Shown here: positions 14,021 to 29,980 of the stretch, piece after piece | Layout: every line of letters begins with the position of its first letter | Numbering within the stretch: position 1 is the first letter of the stretch | Source of the DNA: Eledone cirrhosa | Lineage: Eukaryota | NCBI GenBank assembly: GCA_964016885.1 | Contig: OZ024743.1 | Location: 59,582,001-59,646,000, forward strand | Direction: 5' to 3' | DNA length: 64,000 nt | Notes under the pieces: model-generated | What the model was told of the DNA's origin: nothing | Database searches by the model: none | What the model saw: the letters and a program-made list of their open reading frames with translations, nothing else | Translations under genes and position numbers: made by a program

Positions 14021-14220
14021 TATATATATATGTCCCACCTGACAACATCCTCTCTGATCACTTCACTAACACTAACGCGCTAACTATATCTCACTTGGTC
14101 CTGGAGGAGTACATATAGATATTCAGATTCACACGCACATGCTCACACAATTACCTTCACAGACACATATGGAAAGTTACAACTTCACGCTCTTTTATAT
14201 ATATATACATAAATATATAT

Positions 14221-14790
14221 ATCCAAAATTAAATTAAGGGTGTGATGTCCGAGAGACATGCCCCATATCCACTGTAGAATATGCTCAAAGATTCCAATGA
14301 ATAGATCCGAGGATTTTATATCAACTAGAAACTGATTGAAATATATATATATATCTAAAATGAACATATGAAACAATCACAGGGAATAATTTTAAAAGTG
14401 TGTAAGCACATACAGCTAGGTAGGTAACTAATTAAAGTTTAACTACAACTTTAAATATAGATACCTTTTAAAATGATTAATCTTCCTCGTATATATTTCA
14501 TTAAAGAAATATACCTCACCATCAATCGATTGGTAAACCACAGTAGCCAAATTACGGATTTCAATGAGGGAGAAGATTTAACTATCTGTGTTTACACAGC
14601 AAATGCAAATCACCGATTGACTAGCAGCACGTGTTGCATTTTTTTTTAAAATAGACACATCGTACCAGCTTCATCCCAGTGGCGTGAATAGGATCATCGA
14701 CATCTAAAAATAGCAGCCGAGTCCTTTCAACTGAGTTAGCTCTACAATTAAGGGGCCGTATATATCCACTGTAGAATATACTCATAGAAT
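14221..14790. mobile_element. ~530-bp repeat unit with restart of the next unit; same family as 57475-58348
   Basis: High similarity to 57475-58000 (atatccac.gtagaatatgctcaaagattcca...aagtgtgtaagcacatacagctaggtaggtaac...acaattaaggggccgt). Confidence 0.75.
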
Positions 14791-15078
14791 ATTCTACGAT
14801 TGATATTCTGTGTGTTGTATAAATGTTCTAAACTTTAGAACATTTATTTGCTGCCAATTGTTTGTAAATAAATGTCAGTAAATAAATGTTCTAAACTAAA
14901 ATGTGGTTGTCGGCTGAGACAAAATACTGCTCAATTCTGAAAGAGAGTTTAAATATTAATTTTATTAAGTTTTGTTACTCTGTAGTTTCGCCTGTTTATC
15001 ACATAAGTAAACTGTCACTTTAACAGGTTTTTATTCGCATACTACCCACCCGAACACACAGAGAGACACAAAGAAACA

Positions 15079-15118
<40 letters not shown>

Positions 15119-15279
15119 GTGTGAGATGTGTGATAATTTTATGTATACAGAGACTGCACAAATATGTATATATATTTATTTACGCATTTTAGGTTACTGT
15201 AGGTTCAACCAGTCGAGCACTAGATTCTTAGATTCACGTCTGTAAAGAGGTGTAGAAGTAAACTGAGTGTAAATATAAT

Positions 15280-15362
15280 AATTGTTTCTACTTTTGGCAT
15301 AAGGGCAGCAAATATGCAGTACATTACTGGTAATTTATTTTATCGATCCCGTAAGGATGAAA
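15280..15362 (-). mobile_element. SINE family 1 3' fragment fused to the LINE stack
   Basis: aattgtttctacttttggcataagg...ccgtaaggatgaaag joins directly to LINE RLE-domain sequence. Confidence 0.7.
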
Positions 15363-16958
15363 GTGTTCCAAAAAGTGGGGCGTCACCAATTTACTTTAAC
15401 TATCCTTGGAAACTTTTTGACATAGTACCTAGTACGCCTATGACAAACTTTGATCTCATGGCAGTTTCAAATTCTTTTTACCTACCACTTAAGTCCTGGT
15501 ATCGGTTAATTTTCTCCCTCTCCTTCTATTGCACTCTCTCGAGTCGAATGGGCAGGCTACATCCACAATTAGGGCACGATCTTTTTGCCTTGTCCAAAAT
15601 CACCAGGTCAGGTCTACTGTGTTCCTGTTTCTTGTCCGTCTGTATCCTAAAATCCCACAGCACCTTCACCTGATCGTTTTCCATCACCGACTCTGGTTTA
15701 TGCTCATACCACTTCTCAGAATGTGGTAACTTGTTTACTTTGCATAGGGGCTAGTGGATAACCCTGCCCAACACATGTCTCCAGCTTTTATAGTGAGTCT
15801 GGGTTAGGTGTTTACACTCGGATACAATGTGAGCCACAGTCTCCTCTCTCTCTCCACAGATCCTACAGAGTAGGCTAGCCTCCTCCTTGTAAATATGGTG
15901 TTTCAGCCACTTCGTTTTTAAGGTCTGCTCTTGCACAGCCATTAGCATTCCTTCTGTAGCTTTTTAAGGTTACCTCTTTTCAACCAGTTCCATGTCTGTG
16001 TATCTCTAAATTCAATTTTCTCAAAGAAGGCACTATGAAGGGATTTTTCATGAAGGTTGCTCTTTCTCCTTGTTGTTATTTCCTCCTTGGACATGCCCTG
16101 GTCTATTATCCTCTCCTTCAGTACAATCCTGAGCATTGGTTCCCTACTATCAGTCACGTATTTGTGTAGGTTGTTTTTCTCCATCTAAACACAGTCCTCT
16201 ATGCTGATAAGACGTCTTCCACCTTCAGATCTCCTTAAGTAGAGTCTATCGACATCACTACTTTTGTGGAACATGTTGTCAATAGCTTCCTAGTCTTCCT
16301 ATCCATTTCCTTTTGTTCAGCAACACTCCATTTCAGAATTCCCGCACTGTACCTAATAATATACACAGCTCGGGAATGTACTGCACTTATGGCATTCCTA
16401 CTGTTCAGATGTGTCTTTAGTACGCTCCTTACTCTCCGAATGTATTCAGATCTTATCAATTCCTTCATTTCTTTGTTCTTGATGTCATCAGCCTCCAGAA
16501 CACCTAAATATTTGTATTCTTCTTCAGTGTCAATTTCCTTTATTATCTCACCTATTGGTACCCCGATTCCGTTGCCTCTGCTCAATTTACCCCTCTTCAT
16601 CACAAGGACTCCACACTTACTAATACCAAATTGCATACATATATCATTGCTGAAAATACGGACAGTGTCAACAAACACATACAACTCCTTCTCACTCTCC
16701 CGAAGGCTTCAGATCGTCCATGAAGATGAGGTGATTGATGGTAAGCTCTCCCTTTCCCAACTTGTATCCTGCTCTCACTTTTCGCAGTATAATGGTCAGG
16801 GGCAGGAGGGCAACGACAAACAACATAGGGGACAGACTATCTCCCTTGATTTTCACGACCCCCCCCCCAGGTGTCTCCAGGAGATGTTAAATCTGTTTTC
16901 CAGGACTTCACACTTTTGCTCAACAACTGTCTGATGTTACCTGCCACCTTGAAGATCT
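15363..16958 (-). mobile_element. R4/Dong-like non-LTR retrotransposon copy 1 (truncated, frameshifted; RT C-terminus, CCHC, RLE)
   Basis: ORFs 16235-16684, 15942-16184 and 15751-15948 (YKYLGVLE; CRICGEREETVAHIVSEC). Confidence 0.85.
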
Positions 16959-17779
16959 TTCCAAAAAGCGTGAAGGGGCCGATTTTCTTTAACCATCCCT
17001 GGAAACTTTTTGAGATAGTCCGCAGTGCGCCTATGACAATCGGGATCACTTTGACTTCATGGCAGTTCCAAATCCTTTTTAACTCCCACTTTAAGTCCTG
17101 GTATCGGTTAATTTTCTCCCTCTCCTTCTCTTGCACTCTTGTGTCGAATGGGCAGGCCACATCCACAATCAGACACGATCTGTTTTCTTTGTCCACAACC
17201 ACCAGGTCAGGTCTATTGTGTTCCAGTTTCTTGTCCGTCTGTATCCTAAAATCCCACAGCACCTTCACCTGATTGTTCTCCATCACAGCCTCTGGCTTAT
17301 GCTCAAACCATTTCTCAGAATGTTGTAAATTGTTTACTTTGCACAGGTGCCAGTGGATCACCCTGCCCATCACATCATGTTTCCAGCCCTTATAGTGGGT
17401 CTGGGCTAGGTGTTTACACTCGGATACAATGTGAGTTACAGTCTCCTCTCTCTCTCCACAGATCCTGCATGGTGGGCTAGCCTCCTCCTTGTAAATATGG
17501 TGTTTCAACCACTTCGTTTTGAGGGCCTGCTCCTGCGCAGCCATTTCCATTCCTTCTGTAGCCTTTTTAAGGTCTCCTCTTCTCAACCAGTTCCATGTCT
17601 GTGGATCTCTAAATTCAGTTTTCTCAAAGAAGGTACTATGAAGGGATTTTTCCTGAAGGCTGAACTTTCTCCTTGATGTTATTTCCTCCTTGGACATGCC
17701 CTGGCCTATTCTCCTCTCCTTCAGTACAGTTCTGAGCATTGGCTCCTTACTATCAGACACGTATTTGTGTAGGTTGTTT
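16959..17779 (-). mobile_element. R4/Dong-like copy 2 (CCHC plus RLE fragment)
   Basis: ORF 16837-17760: CRICGEREETVTHIVSEC, RPDLVVVD, IVDVACP, EKINRYQDL; it reads through the junction into copy 1. Confidence 0.85.
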
Positions 17780-17799
17780 TATTATTATTATTATTATTA

Positions 17800-18508
17800 C
17801 AGTTGCATTTATCTTGCTTTATGTTTATACGAGTTATCACCAAGTCACAACCAGTGACCTCAAGAGACAACAAGGTCCGCCATGTTCAAGAAAGAACATA
17901 CATATTCACACATGCATCCTTAGTGTTTAGACTTGTGATGCACTTATATTGACAGGACCTTCCTTAGTATATGGGCAGTTCCCATTAGTACTATATTTTG
18001 TATTTCTCCTAAACGCGGGTTTCCTGGGATTTGCGATAAGTAGTCGTTAGACCCCTTAGGTATCATTCCCAGAGCGCCTACAACCACTGGTATTGTTTTA
18101 GTTCTCAATTTCCACATTTTTCCAATTTCTATGTCCAGGTCCTTATACTTGCTCAATTTTTCAAATGTTTTTATAGATACATTCTTGTCTATTGGAACAG
18201 ACATATCAATTAGCAGGCATACCCTCCTTTGAAAGTCCTTCAATATTATATCAGGTCTATTTGCATCTATTTTTCGGTCTGTTTTGATGCTAAAGTTCCA
18301 CAAGATTGAGATGTGATCTTTTTCAAGTATGGGAGGTGTTTGATGCTCCCACCAATTCTTTTGATGGGGCAGGTCAAAATGCTTACACATTATCCAATGT
18401 ATGCTCTGTCATGCCTGTTTAGGTATTCGGTTGGAGCTATAGATCTGCACATTGAAATAATATGGTCAATGGTCTCTGGTTGTTTTTTGCATACACGGCA
18501 TAATGGGG
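17800..18508 (-). mobile_element. R4/Dong-like copy 3, distinct family (RLE domain plus its own 3' UTR)
   Basis: ORF 17944-18390 (NRPDIIL, LIDMSVP, EKLSKYKDL, IPVVVGALG); different 3' UTR with hairpin gtcac-tggtt-gtgac; (TTA)n on both sides. Confidence 0.85.
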
Positions 18509-18530
18509 TTATTATTATTATTGTTGTTAT

Positions 18531-21500
18531 TCCTTGAATCTCAGTCATTGATGTTGGTTAACTGGAAAGTCCGTTGGAATGAATATCAAGCCACTACCTG
18601 CAGCCTCAGATATTCAGGACGTATCGGAGGGTTCTTGCTGTTCCAAGCAAGCATGCCTTTTGAAGCGTTCCAAAAAGCGTGAAGGGGCCGATTTTCTTTA
18701 ACCATCCCTGGAAACCTTTGGAGATAGTCCCCAGTGCGCCTATGACAATCGGGATCAGTTTGACTTCATGGCAGTTCCAAATCCTTTTCACCTCCCACTT
18801 TAGGTCCTGGTATCGGTTAATTTTCTCCCTCTCCTTCTCTTGCACTCTCGTGTCGAACGGGCAGGCCACATCCACAATCAGACACGATCTTTTTTCTTTG
18901 TCCACAACCACCAGGTCAGGTCTATTGTGTTCCAGTTTTTTGTTCGTCTGAATCCTAAAATCCCACAGCACCTTCACCTGATTGTTCTCCATCACCGCCT
19001 CCGGCCTATGCTCATACCATTTCTCAGAATGTGGTAAATTGTTTACTTTACACAGGTGCCAGTGGATCACCCTGCCCATCACATCGTGTCTCCAGCCCTT
19101 ATAATTGGTCTGGGCTAGGTGTTTACACTCGGACACAATGTGAGCCACAGTCTCCTCTCTCTCTCCACAGATCCTGCACAGTGGGCTAGCCTCCTCCTTG
19201 TAAATATGGTGCTTCAACCACTTCGTTTTGAGGGCTTGCTCCTGCGCAGCCATTATCATTCATTCTGTAGCCTTTTTGAGGTCTCCTCTTCTCAACCAGT
19301 TCCATGTCTGTGGATCTCTAAATTCAATTTTCTCAAAGAAGGTACTATGAAGGGATTTTCCCTTAAGGCTGCTCTTCCTCCTTGATGTTATTTCCTCCTT
19401 GGACATCCCCTGGCCTACTGTCCCCTCCTTCAGTACAGTTTTGAGCATTGGCTCCTTACTATAGCTCACGTATTTGTATAGGTTGTTTTTCTCCATCTGA
19501 ACACAGTCCTCTATGCTGATAAGACCTCTTCCACCCTCAGATCTCCTTAGGTAGAGTCTATCGACATCACTCCTCTTGTGGAACATGTTGTAGATAGTCA
19601 ATAGCTTCCTAGTCTTCCTATCCATTTCTTTTTGTTCAGCCACATTCCATCACAGAATTCCCGCACTGTACCTAATAATAGACACAGCTCGGGAATTTAC
19701 TGCGCTTATGGCATTTCTGCTGTTCAGATGTGACTTCAATACGCTCCTTACTCTCCGAATGTATTCAGTTCTTAACAATTCCTCCATTTTTTTGTCAGGC
19801 TCGAGAAAGCCCAAATACTTGTATCCTTCCTCAGAGTCAATTTCCTTTATCATCTCACCTGTTGGTATCTGGATCCCGCTACTTCTGCTCAACCTACCCC
19901 TCCTCATCACAATGACTCCACATTTACCAATACCAAACTGCATACATATATCACTGCTGAAAATACGGACAGTGTCAACAAGCACATCCAACTCCTTCTC
20001 ACTTTTCCCGAAGAGCTTAAGATCGTCCATGAAGAGGAGGTGATTGATGGTAAGCTCTCCCCTTCCCAACTTGTATCCTGCTCTCACTTTTCGCAGCATA
20101 ATGGTCAAGGGCATCAGGGCAAGGACAAACAACAGAGGGGACAGGCTATCTCCCTGGAAGATACCTCTCTTGATCTTCACGCTTCCCAAGGATACTCCAG
20201 TTGATGTCAACTCTGTCTCCCAGGACCCCATACTCCTGCCTAGCAACTGTCTGATGTTATCTGCCACCTTGAAGATCTCCAGGCTTTTGGTGATCCAGGA
20301 ATGGGGCACCATGTCAAATGCCTTTCTGTAGTCTATCCATCCCATGGCAAGATCAGTGTGTCTCCTCCTGCAATTCCCCATTACCATCTTATCAATAAGA
20401 ACTGGTCCTTTGTACCACGTGACTTCTTTCGGCATCCTTTCTGTTCGTCCGGTAACAAGTTGTTTGTGTGGAGGTGATGGTAGATTTCCTCAGACACAAT
20501 GCTCGTCAACAGTTTCCACATTACGGACAGACATGTGATAGGTCTATAGTTGGTAACATCATTACCCTTGATTCGGTCTTTCATTATCAGAACTGTGGTA
20601 CCTTTTGTCAACCACTCTGGCACCTCACCCGACACCAAGCAGTCATTGAACATGGCCGTCAGCTTCGGGTGGAGGGATGTTAAATGTTTAATCCAATACC
20701 CCTGCACACCATCTGGGCCTGGTGATTTCCAGTTGGTTAGTTTTTTGGCCTGCCCCTTAAGAGTTTCAACTGTGATACTCAACTCAGTTTGTTGTTGTGC
20801 CTGCTCACCGATCTCCCTCTGTACTGTCTCAATCCACCCTGCCTGGGCATTGTGTCTAACATCCTGCTCCCATATTCCTCTCCAGAATGTTTTAGTTTGC
20901 TCCGCCCCAGGGATCAAGTCGTTGCTTCTTTCTTTCCCCTCAAGCTGTCCAAACAGCATCTTCTGGTTGTTGTCGAACATGCGGTTCTGTTTATACTGAC
21001 TGACTCTGTTCTCGTATCGCCTGATTTTTGCACTCTTTGCTACAATGCGTTGCTTCAGTTCCTCTATGATAATATTTAGCTTTTTACTCCTAGTTTTGTA
21101 TTTTATTTCCAGTCTATTTTTAGTGCCTATGTTTTTTAGTGTCCCATTCAGTAGTGACTCAAGCTTTCCTATGTCATTTCTCATTTCCCCGATTTGCCCA
21201 CTCAGTCGCTTCTTCCACCACGGCTCTGCTCTTTCTTGTCTGTTGTTTCCTCTCGCTTTTATACCAAGTAGTTTCCTCACTGTATTTGCTGTTGCTTTGA
21301 GGATATTGTTGCACTGGTGAAGGCTCCTCGCCTCAAGGTATGGGATGACTTTGTTTACCTTAGCTGTTGTTTCTTTTAACTTTTTCCTGTCTACAAATCT
21401 TAGGTTCATAGGTCTCCCACTATCATTGTTCAATTCTTCTACCACTAAATTTAGGATGTCAACCGAATCTTGTCCTAGCCCGTCAGCATTCATCTCCTCA

Positions 21501-22224
21501 GTGGCCGTATCTCTGTTCCAGGTATTATTTATCTCAGTATTCAGATCATTGTCTGCTTCGCGTGGTTCCTCCGTTCTCAGGACCTCTTCACCTTCATTTC
21601 CCACTGGCTCGCTTGTCTGGCATACTACACCCGCCATCTCCAAGCCATTCTCTCTGCTCAGTTCCTCCAGTTCCAGCTCGCTTATCCATCCATTAGTTCT
21701 TATTACCCGAGCCTGCCCGGCCAATTTTTGTTCATCTAATTTAAATAAACCAATCTCGTTCCAGATGTTATGCATCCGTCTCCTGTAGCCCCTCTCCTTG
21801 GGGTTACTTTTCAGGTAACATTGCATAACAGTTCTATTCAATTCTTTCGTCCACTTGGTTCTGGCCCCTTTCCTTCTTCTCCTTCCTCCAACATCAGCAG
21901 TATTTGGTTGACAGTCAGGTTCCTGCTGCTGAGCCAGGGGGCACCTGTTGGGTGAGAGTCTGTCACATGACGTTCTAGACTCCATTTCACCGTTATTCGA
22001 ACTGTTTATGTTCGATATTTAAACACTCTTATCGAGAATTGGCGAATGTATGGTTACATATCCATCTGTGGATCCGCCATTCCACTTGGCCCTTGTGTGG
22101 CATTATCACCACGCTGTATACGAACACACATAAACAAACAAACGCACGGGCAGAAAGGGCCCCAAAAATGAATAAGCATAAGTTTCATTGTAATGTAGTG
22201 TTCGAATGTCTGACTTAGTTTTTG

Positions 22225-22228
<4 letters not shown>
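18531..22228 (-). mobile_element. Near full-length R4/Dong-like RLE retrotransposon copy 4 (single ORF broken by about two stops and one frameshift)
   Basis: ORFs 20381-21985, 19650-20435, 19260-19643 and 18606-19259: N-terminal KWTKELN motif; RT motifs KSPGPDG, NYRPITCL, WIDYRKAFD, GIFQGDSLSP, LLFMDDLKL; CCHC; PD..D-type RLE; ~240-bp 5' UTR; (TAA)n tail. Confidence 0.92.
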
Positions 22229-22281
<53 letters not shown>

Positions 22282-22295
22282 TTTTTTTTTTATTA

Positions 22296-24677
<2,382 letters not shown>

Positions 24678-24992
24678 GTTGTTTGAGTCTCAGTCATTGA
24701 TGTTATTTAACTGAAACATTTTTTGAAATGATTATCAAGCCACTACCTGCAGCCTCAGACATTGAGGGCGCATCGGAGTGTTCTTGCCGTTCCCAGCACA
24801 GCAGGCATGCCTTTTGCAGTTTTTCAAAAAGCGGGGCTGCACTAATCTTCTTTAACCATCCTTGGAAATTATTTGAGATAGGAACTAGTGCGCCTATGAC
24901 AATCGGGACGACCTTGATTTCATGGCAATTCCAAATCCTTTTTAACTCCCACTTTAAATCCTGGTATCGGTTAATTTTCTCCTTCTCCTTTT
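24678..24992 (-). mobile_element. R4/Dong-like copy 6 (short 3' fragment, related subfamily)
   Basis: Same 3' UTR (gagtctcagtcattgatg...caagccactacctgcagcctca) plus the end of the RLE domain. Confidence 0.85.
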
Positions 24993-25021
24993 TTTGTTAT
25001 TATTATTATTATCATTATTAG

Positions 25022-25072
<51 letters not shown>

Positions 25073-25076
<4 letters not shown>

Positions 25077-25568
25077 TAAAATAACCGATTAAAGTTCAAG
25101 CAAAGATCGCTGCTTTCACCCTTACCGGGATCTTGTGAAACTAAAAAATTCAATCTGTGAACGCAGAAGTAAATATTTCGAAAACGTTGCAAACGAAGGA
25201 AGACAGGATGATGATGCTTTGGTTCGTGGAATCGTTCCCTGTCAAAGAACGGAAATAAAGGAAGATAAAACGTCATTTGGAGCAGTGAAAGCAATTACAC
25301 GCACTGACAAAACCACGTTTATGGTATAAATGAAGTCGTAGACTAATATTCTGTTAGGTGGTACCTAGAGACATTTTCTTGCAATGAACGGAAAAAACGA
25401 AGATAATACGTCATGATGTGAATCGGTGAGAACTATTACATGCAAAGGCAAAGGCAAAACCACGTTTATCGTATAACTGAAGTCGTTGACTAAATTCATA
25501 CATATTTAATATATATTTATCCTTATCGAACCCTCTTTGGATTATAGCCTTAACTTTATTATTATTAC
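25073..25568 (-). mobile_element. Family-C repeat with internal duplication and inverted end segment
   Basis: Similar to 56780-57065; ~25245-25350 is duplicated at ~25385-25495; 25515-25568 matches 13866-13920 inverted. Confidence 0.7.
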
Positions 25569-27227
25569 TATATATATATATAGATAGATACAATATGTTG
25601 AAAAGGTAACACACTAGAGAGAGATGGTGCGCCATCAATAAAACAGGGAAAAACCACCAGTGTATGGAATCTATAACCTATGAAAAGCAGGGTAGACACA
25701 CGTTAATTAAAAATATTAATTAAAGTGTATATACATACCTCTATAACTATATAACACACACATACACATCCAAAGAGATCTGTTTCGCCAATAGCACATT
25801 ATTGACATGGAATAGCGAGAGTCTATAGCTCCGTTAATTTATCGTGATATATATATAGATAGATAGATACATACACATGTGTAAACATGCAAAACAAGTA
25901 TTTCAAAGTAAATTTTAAAATGATATATTCCATATTCACATATATTTTCATAATTTGATCATACTGAACACGAAATATTTACCTTTGTGAATTATTCTGG
26001 TCTAGTAATGGTAGAAAACGTTAGCCAATCGAACAAATTTTAATATTTGTTTGTTACACTAAATTTATTCTCAATATTAAACGTGAATAACCTTATTTAA
26101 ATGTTTTAAATTTTCCTATGGCTTGTGTGTATTTATAGACAGCATCTAGCAAACAGTTGTTTTGAATTCAGAAAATATTTAAAAGTTTTCTGGTAATTAC
26201 ATCCTTACAGATTAATTATCACTGTGAAAACAAAATAAACATTTAATCCAAACATTTTATATTACACAAGTCTCACAGAAATTCCTGCTCCATGCAATTA
26301 TTCACTAGATCCATTCCGGTTATTTGTCTGTCTTCGTGTAAAGGAATCAATATTCTTCTTTTTAAAGAGCTGAGACTGCATCGAGAAAGATTAATTATTG
26401 GAATTTAATCCAATCTTGTTTATATGCCAGTGAAATAAATGCGTAAACTATGTTGACGTCTAGGGAGTCAGATTAATCAGACTTATCTATTCGTTTTATC
26501 GCTTAGAAAGATAAATAATATCTGTGACCATATTTCTTTTCGGGAACATTTGGAAAGATGATCCCGTGTGCCACATGGATGTTTTAATTTGAGTGACGGT
26601 TTATATCTGCTACCCAACTACAATGTGTTACGGACACCGTTTAAGCTAAATCTAAGGTAATTGACACATGTCCAAGGTATGTACAGAACTATTGAGCCCC
26701 AAACCACACACTGACTTGTATAGCACCAATAACGCCTAATAAAGATGTCATCTCATTCTTTGTTTGAAATTTACAGAATTATTTTAGAAAGAAATATAGT
26801 GAGTGGAAACGAGAACTAATTAACCCTTGTACTAGATAGGTTGTTTATTCATTGAAAACATTCATGTTAAACTTAAGACCGGTGAGTAAGCTGCACCAAA
26901 CAAAATATAGCAAATCATTATATCAAAATATCTAACGATTTATGATTATTTTCTTAATTCTTGAAATATAGATAATCATAAGAAGCATCTTTAAAATATA
27001 TCAACGAATATAATGCAACAATTTTACGTTATCCAGATATGTATGTCACACTAATTCCCAACAAATTTCGTATGTAATCTATGATCTGCATCGTGCCAAA
27101 AATCAAAAAGCAGGAAATTATTTATTCATTAAATCCTTAAATATCAGAAAATATTACATCAAAGGCGCTAACTGAGATTACTTTGGGGGCTAAGTGATTC
27201 CGCTAGTAACATTGCCAATAATATTAA

Positions 27228-27565
27228 TAATTGTTTATACTTTTGACACAAGGCCAGAAAATTACCCAGTGCATTATTGGTAGTTTATTTTATCAACCCT
27301 GTTAGGATGGAAGGCAAAGTTAACCTCGGTGGGATTTGAACTCAGAATGGCAAGGGCCGTAACTCTATGCGTCAAAGCATGGCAGCCGACCCTTTGCCGA
27401 TACTGCCAATCCACCGCCCTTAATAATATTAATAATAATAGTAATAATTGTTTCTACGTTAGGCACAATGCCAGCAATTACCCAGTGCATTACTGGTACT
27501 TTATTTTATCGACCCCGCAAGGATGAAAGGCAAAGTTAACCTCGGCGGCATTTGAACTCAGATTG
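27228..27565 (-). mobile_element. Two tandem SINE family 1 copies
   Basis: Copies at 27228-27420 (near full length, B-box gagttcaaatccc on minus) and 27446-27565. Confidence 0.8.
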
Positions 27566-27626
27566 GCATAATAATAAACATGGACATGACTATCTAATTA
27601 TAAGGATATCAGTTGTCAGAAAGCAA

Positions 27627-27661
<35 letters not shown>

Positions 27662-27899
27662 TGTGTTTGTGTGCGTATGTTCGTAATGTAGCTGTTTCTT
27701 TTTGTATTTGTTGTTTATTCTGTTCATTATATAGCATGTTATTTCTGCAAAACTGTTTTTACATCCGACCTCGCCATCCCAATCTTTCTTATCATGCTAA
27801 CTTCTCTAATTATTTCTTCACAATCTATTTATTCTCTTCCTCTCAACTACATATCTACTGCCCTTTCTCTACCGAGTTTGAAATTGTAAATTTTATCAC

Positions 27900-28060
27900 C
27901 TGTATACCGTCACCATTCACAATCACCCACTCTCAAAGTCCAACCTCTATCAGGAAGCTAACATCGATAAATAAGGAAATCTACTGTACTGACATTCAAG
28001 GAGGAGTTGTCATCCTTCACGCAAGAGATTATACAACAGCTTTGTGTTATTGGAATCTCA
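27900..28060 (+). pseudogene. Highly decayed PLE RT fragment
   Basis: SIRKLTSINKEIYCTDIQGGVVILHARDY resembles the PLE RT ...IKPADKGGAVVIL...DY motif. Confidence 0.35.
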
Positions 28061-28631
28061 TACAGCTTGTATCTCATCAGCCTTCTCATTCCACCACTTA
28101 TCCTTCATCTGAGTGAGCCTCCGCCTCACACGTGATTTCACACCCTTGAGTTCCTTATGCAACATATTCTTTCCTGTGACTTTTCTGCCAAGTAGTAGCT
28201 TTTCAGAAATAATCATGATTATCTAATTAGCTGTTGTATTAATCGATTTCGCCCTTTGTAGATTTTCGAATTCTCTTTATGTTTTGTGCTGGTGTTCGAT
28301 ATATTTCTATCATGTGTTGAATTGTATTTACCATGTGCTTACAACTCTCCTAAACCAAGGGAAGCAACCGGCCGTATCGTTTTTATTGCTTATGAGAGGT
28401 AAACAATCTGTGAAAATGTTTGCTATTCTGATTTACCTATCAGTGCGATGTACAACCAATTAAGCATTACTTTGTGTTTCGTTATAATGTATATTTCTTC
28501 GTTGAAGCGATGATGCTTCGATATTGAATAGCTACATTGTTAGAATAGGAGAATATCAAATTTAGTAGGGCTTGACATCCGTAACGTTTTATTTGTTGAC
28601 TGAAATGGTTTTATCTGGTGTACAGTGCCGT

Positions 28632-28790
28632 AATAATTGTTTCTACTTTAGGCACAAGGCCAGCCATACCCAGTGCATTACTGGTACTTTATTTTATCGA
28701 CCCCGTAAGGATGAAAGGCAAAGTCAACCTCGGCGGGATTTAAACTCAGATCGTAAAGGGACGTAACTATGCTGGAAAGCATGGCGTCCG
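28632..28790 (-). mobile_element. SINE family 1
   Basis: Same consensus as 27446 and 63465. Confidence 0.8.
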
Positions 28791-29833
28791 GTAATAATAT
28801 GACGGAGTATCGCAACTGTTGTCGGTGTATCGAACCTGTGGGTACAATGCAGTTAATATGGTAACCTTTAAATTTCATAATATGCACTACATTTTGTAAA
28901 ACAAAAAAATGAGACGTCAGTTTAATCCTGACCCGTGTGATCAATTTAATGTTCATGGCAATCTTTACATTTCATAATATATATCAAACTCTGTGAGTTA
29001 CATGAGAAATCGTTATTAATCTTGAAAATGGAATAAAATATAATGTGTAATTCTGCACCTTATAATAGGTAGCTGCATCGTCAGCTATTAGGTTGGTCGC
29101 GATTTCTAGATTCAAGATCTTTTATTATGGGTTGTAATTCTGCATTCGTCATGATGTTTTAAGGGACTTCCCCAGTATTTTTCATTTTAGAATTAAATTG
29201 AGAAGGGCTTTCATATTTTTATCTTTTTGTTGTATAGTTAAGCCTCGTTGTATGTGTTTATAGATTTCAATGTTCGTTGCATAAATGTTTAACAATATAG
29301 TATAATATTTTATTCCCTATAGTTGTTTCCGTAGTTCCTTGATGTTAATTTGTCTTGCTTTTAGAATAACGTTATTGATTAAACTCAAAGGATATTTACT
29401 TTGAGGAGTCCTTTTTCTCATCTTTTCTGTTGTGGGGTTTTGTCTTGTTGGGTTTGACACTACTGTGCTGGTGCGCTTAGCTAGACTAAGTAGAATATTT
29501 GCACGGGTATTTGGTCATTGAGAAAATGCAAATAAATATTATTGTCGTGCGCACATACACACATGCATGCACACACACACACACACTCATATATATATAA
29601 GGTAGCCAAACTATTATTTAATAATTATGACAAATACGATATAGAGGAATTGAATGCTACCTCCTTCTGTATTTCAGTGAGATATGTGTGAATCAATTAA
29701 ACCTCGGTTATATATTATTAATTATACCCACACACATACACACATACACACACACACATATATATATACATATATATTTTTTTTAGGATTGTTTTATATG
29801 ATACTACTGCTGACATACCCATATATGGACTGT

Positions 29834-29929
29834 ACCCCTCGATAAGTTCAGCTAGATTACTACCGTCCTAACACTACTGGGTGAGTTCAGATCTAGCAGT
29901 CGAAACGGCCGGAGCTCAGCCGTCGGGGT
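29834..29929 (+). ncRNA. Type I hammerhead fold, family A variant (core UCGAUAA)
   Basis: acccc-TCGATAA-g..gctagat/atctagc..c-GAAA-cggc(cggagctca)gccg-TC-ggggt. Confidence 0.6.
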
Positions 29930-29941
29930 CTTGACTCTTTT

Positions 29942-29980
<39 letters not shown>

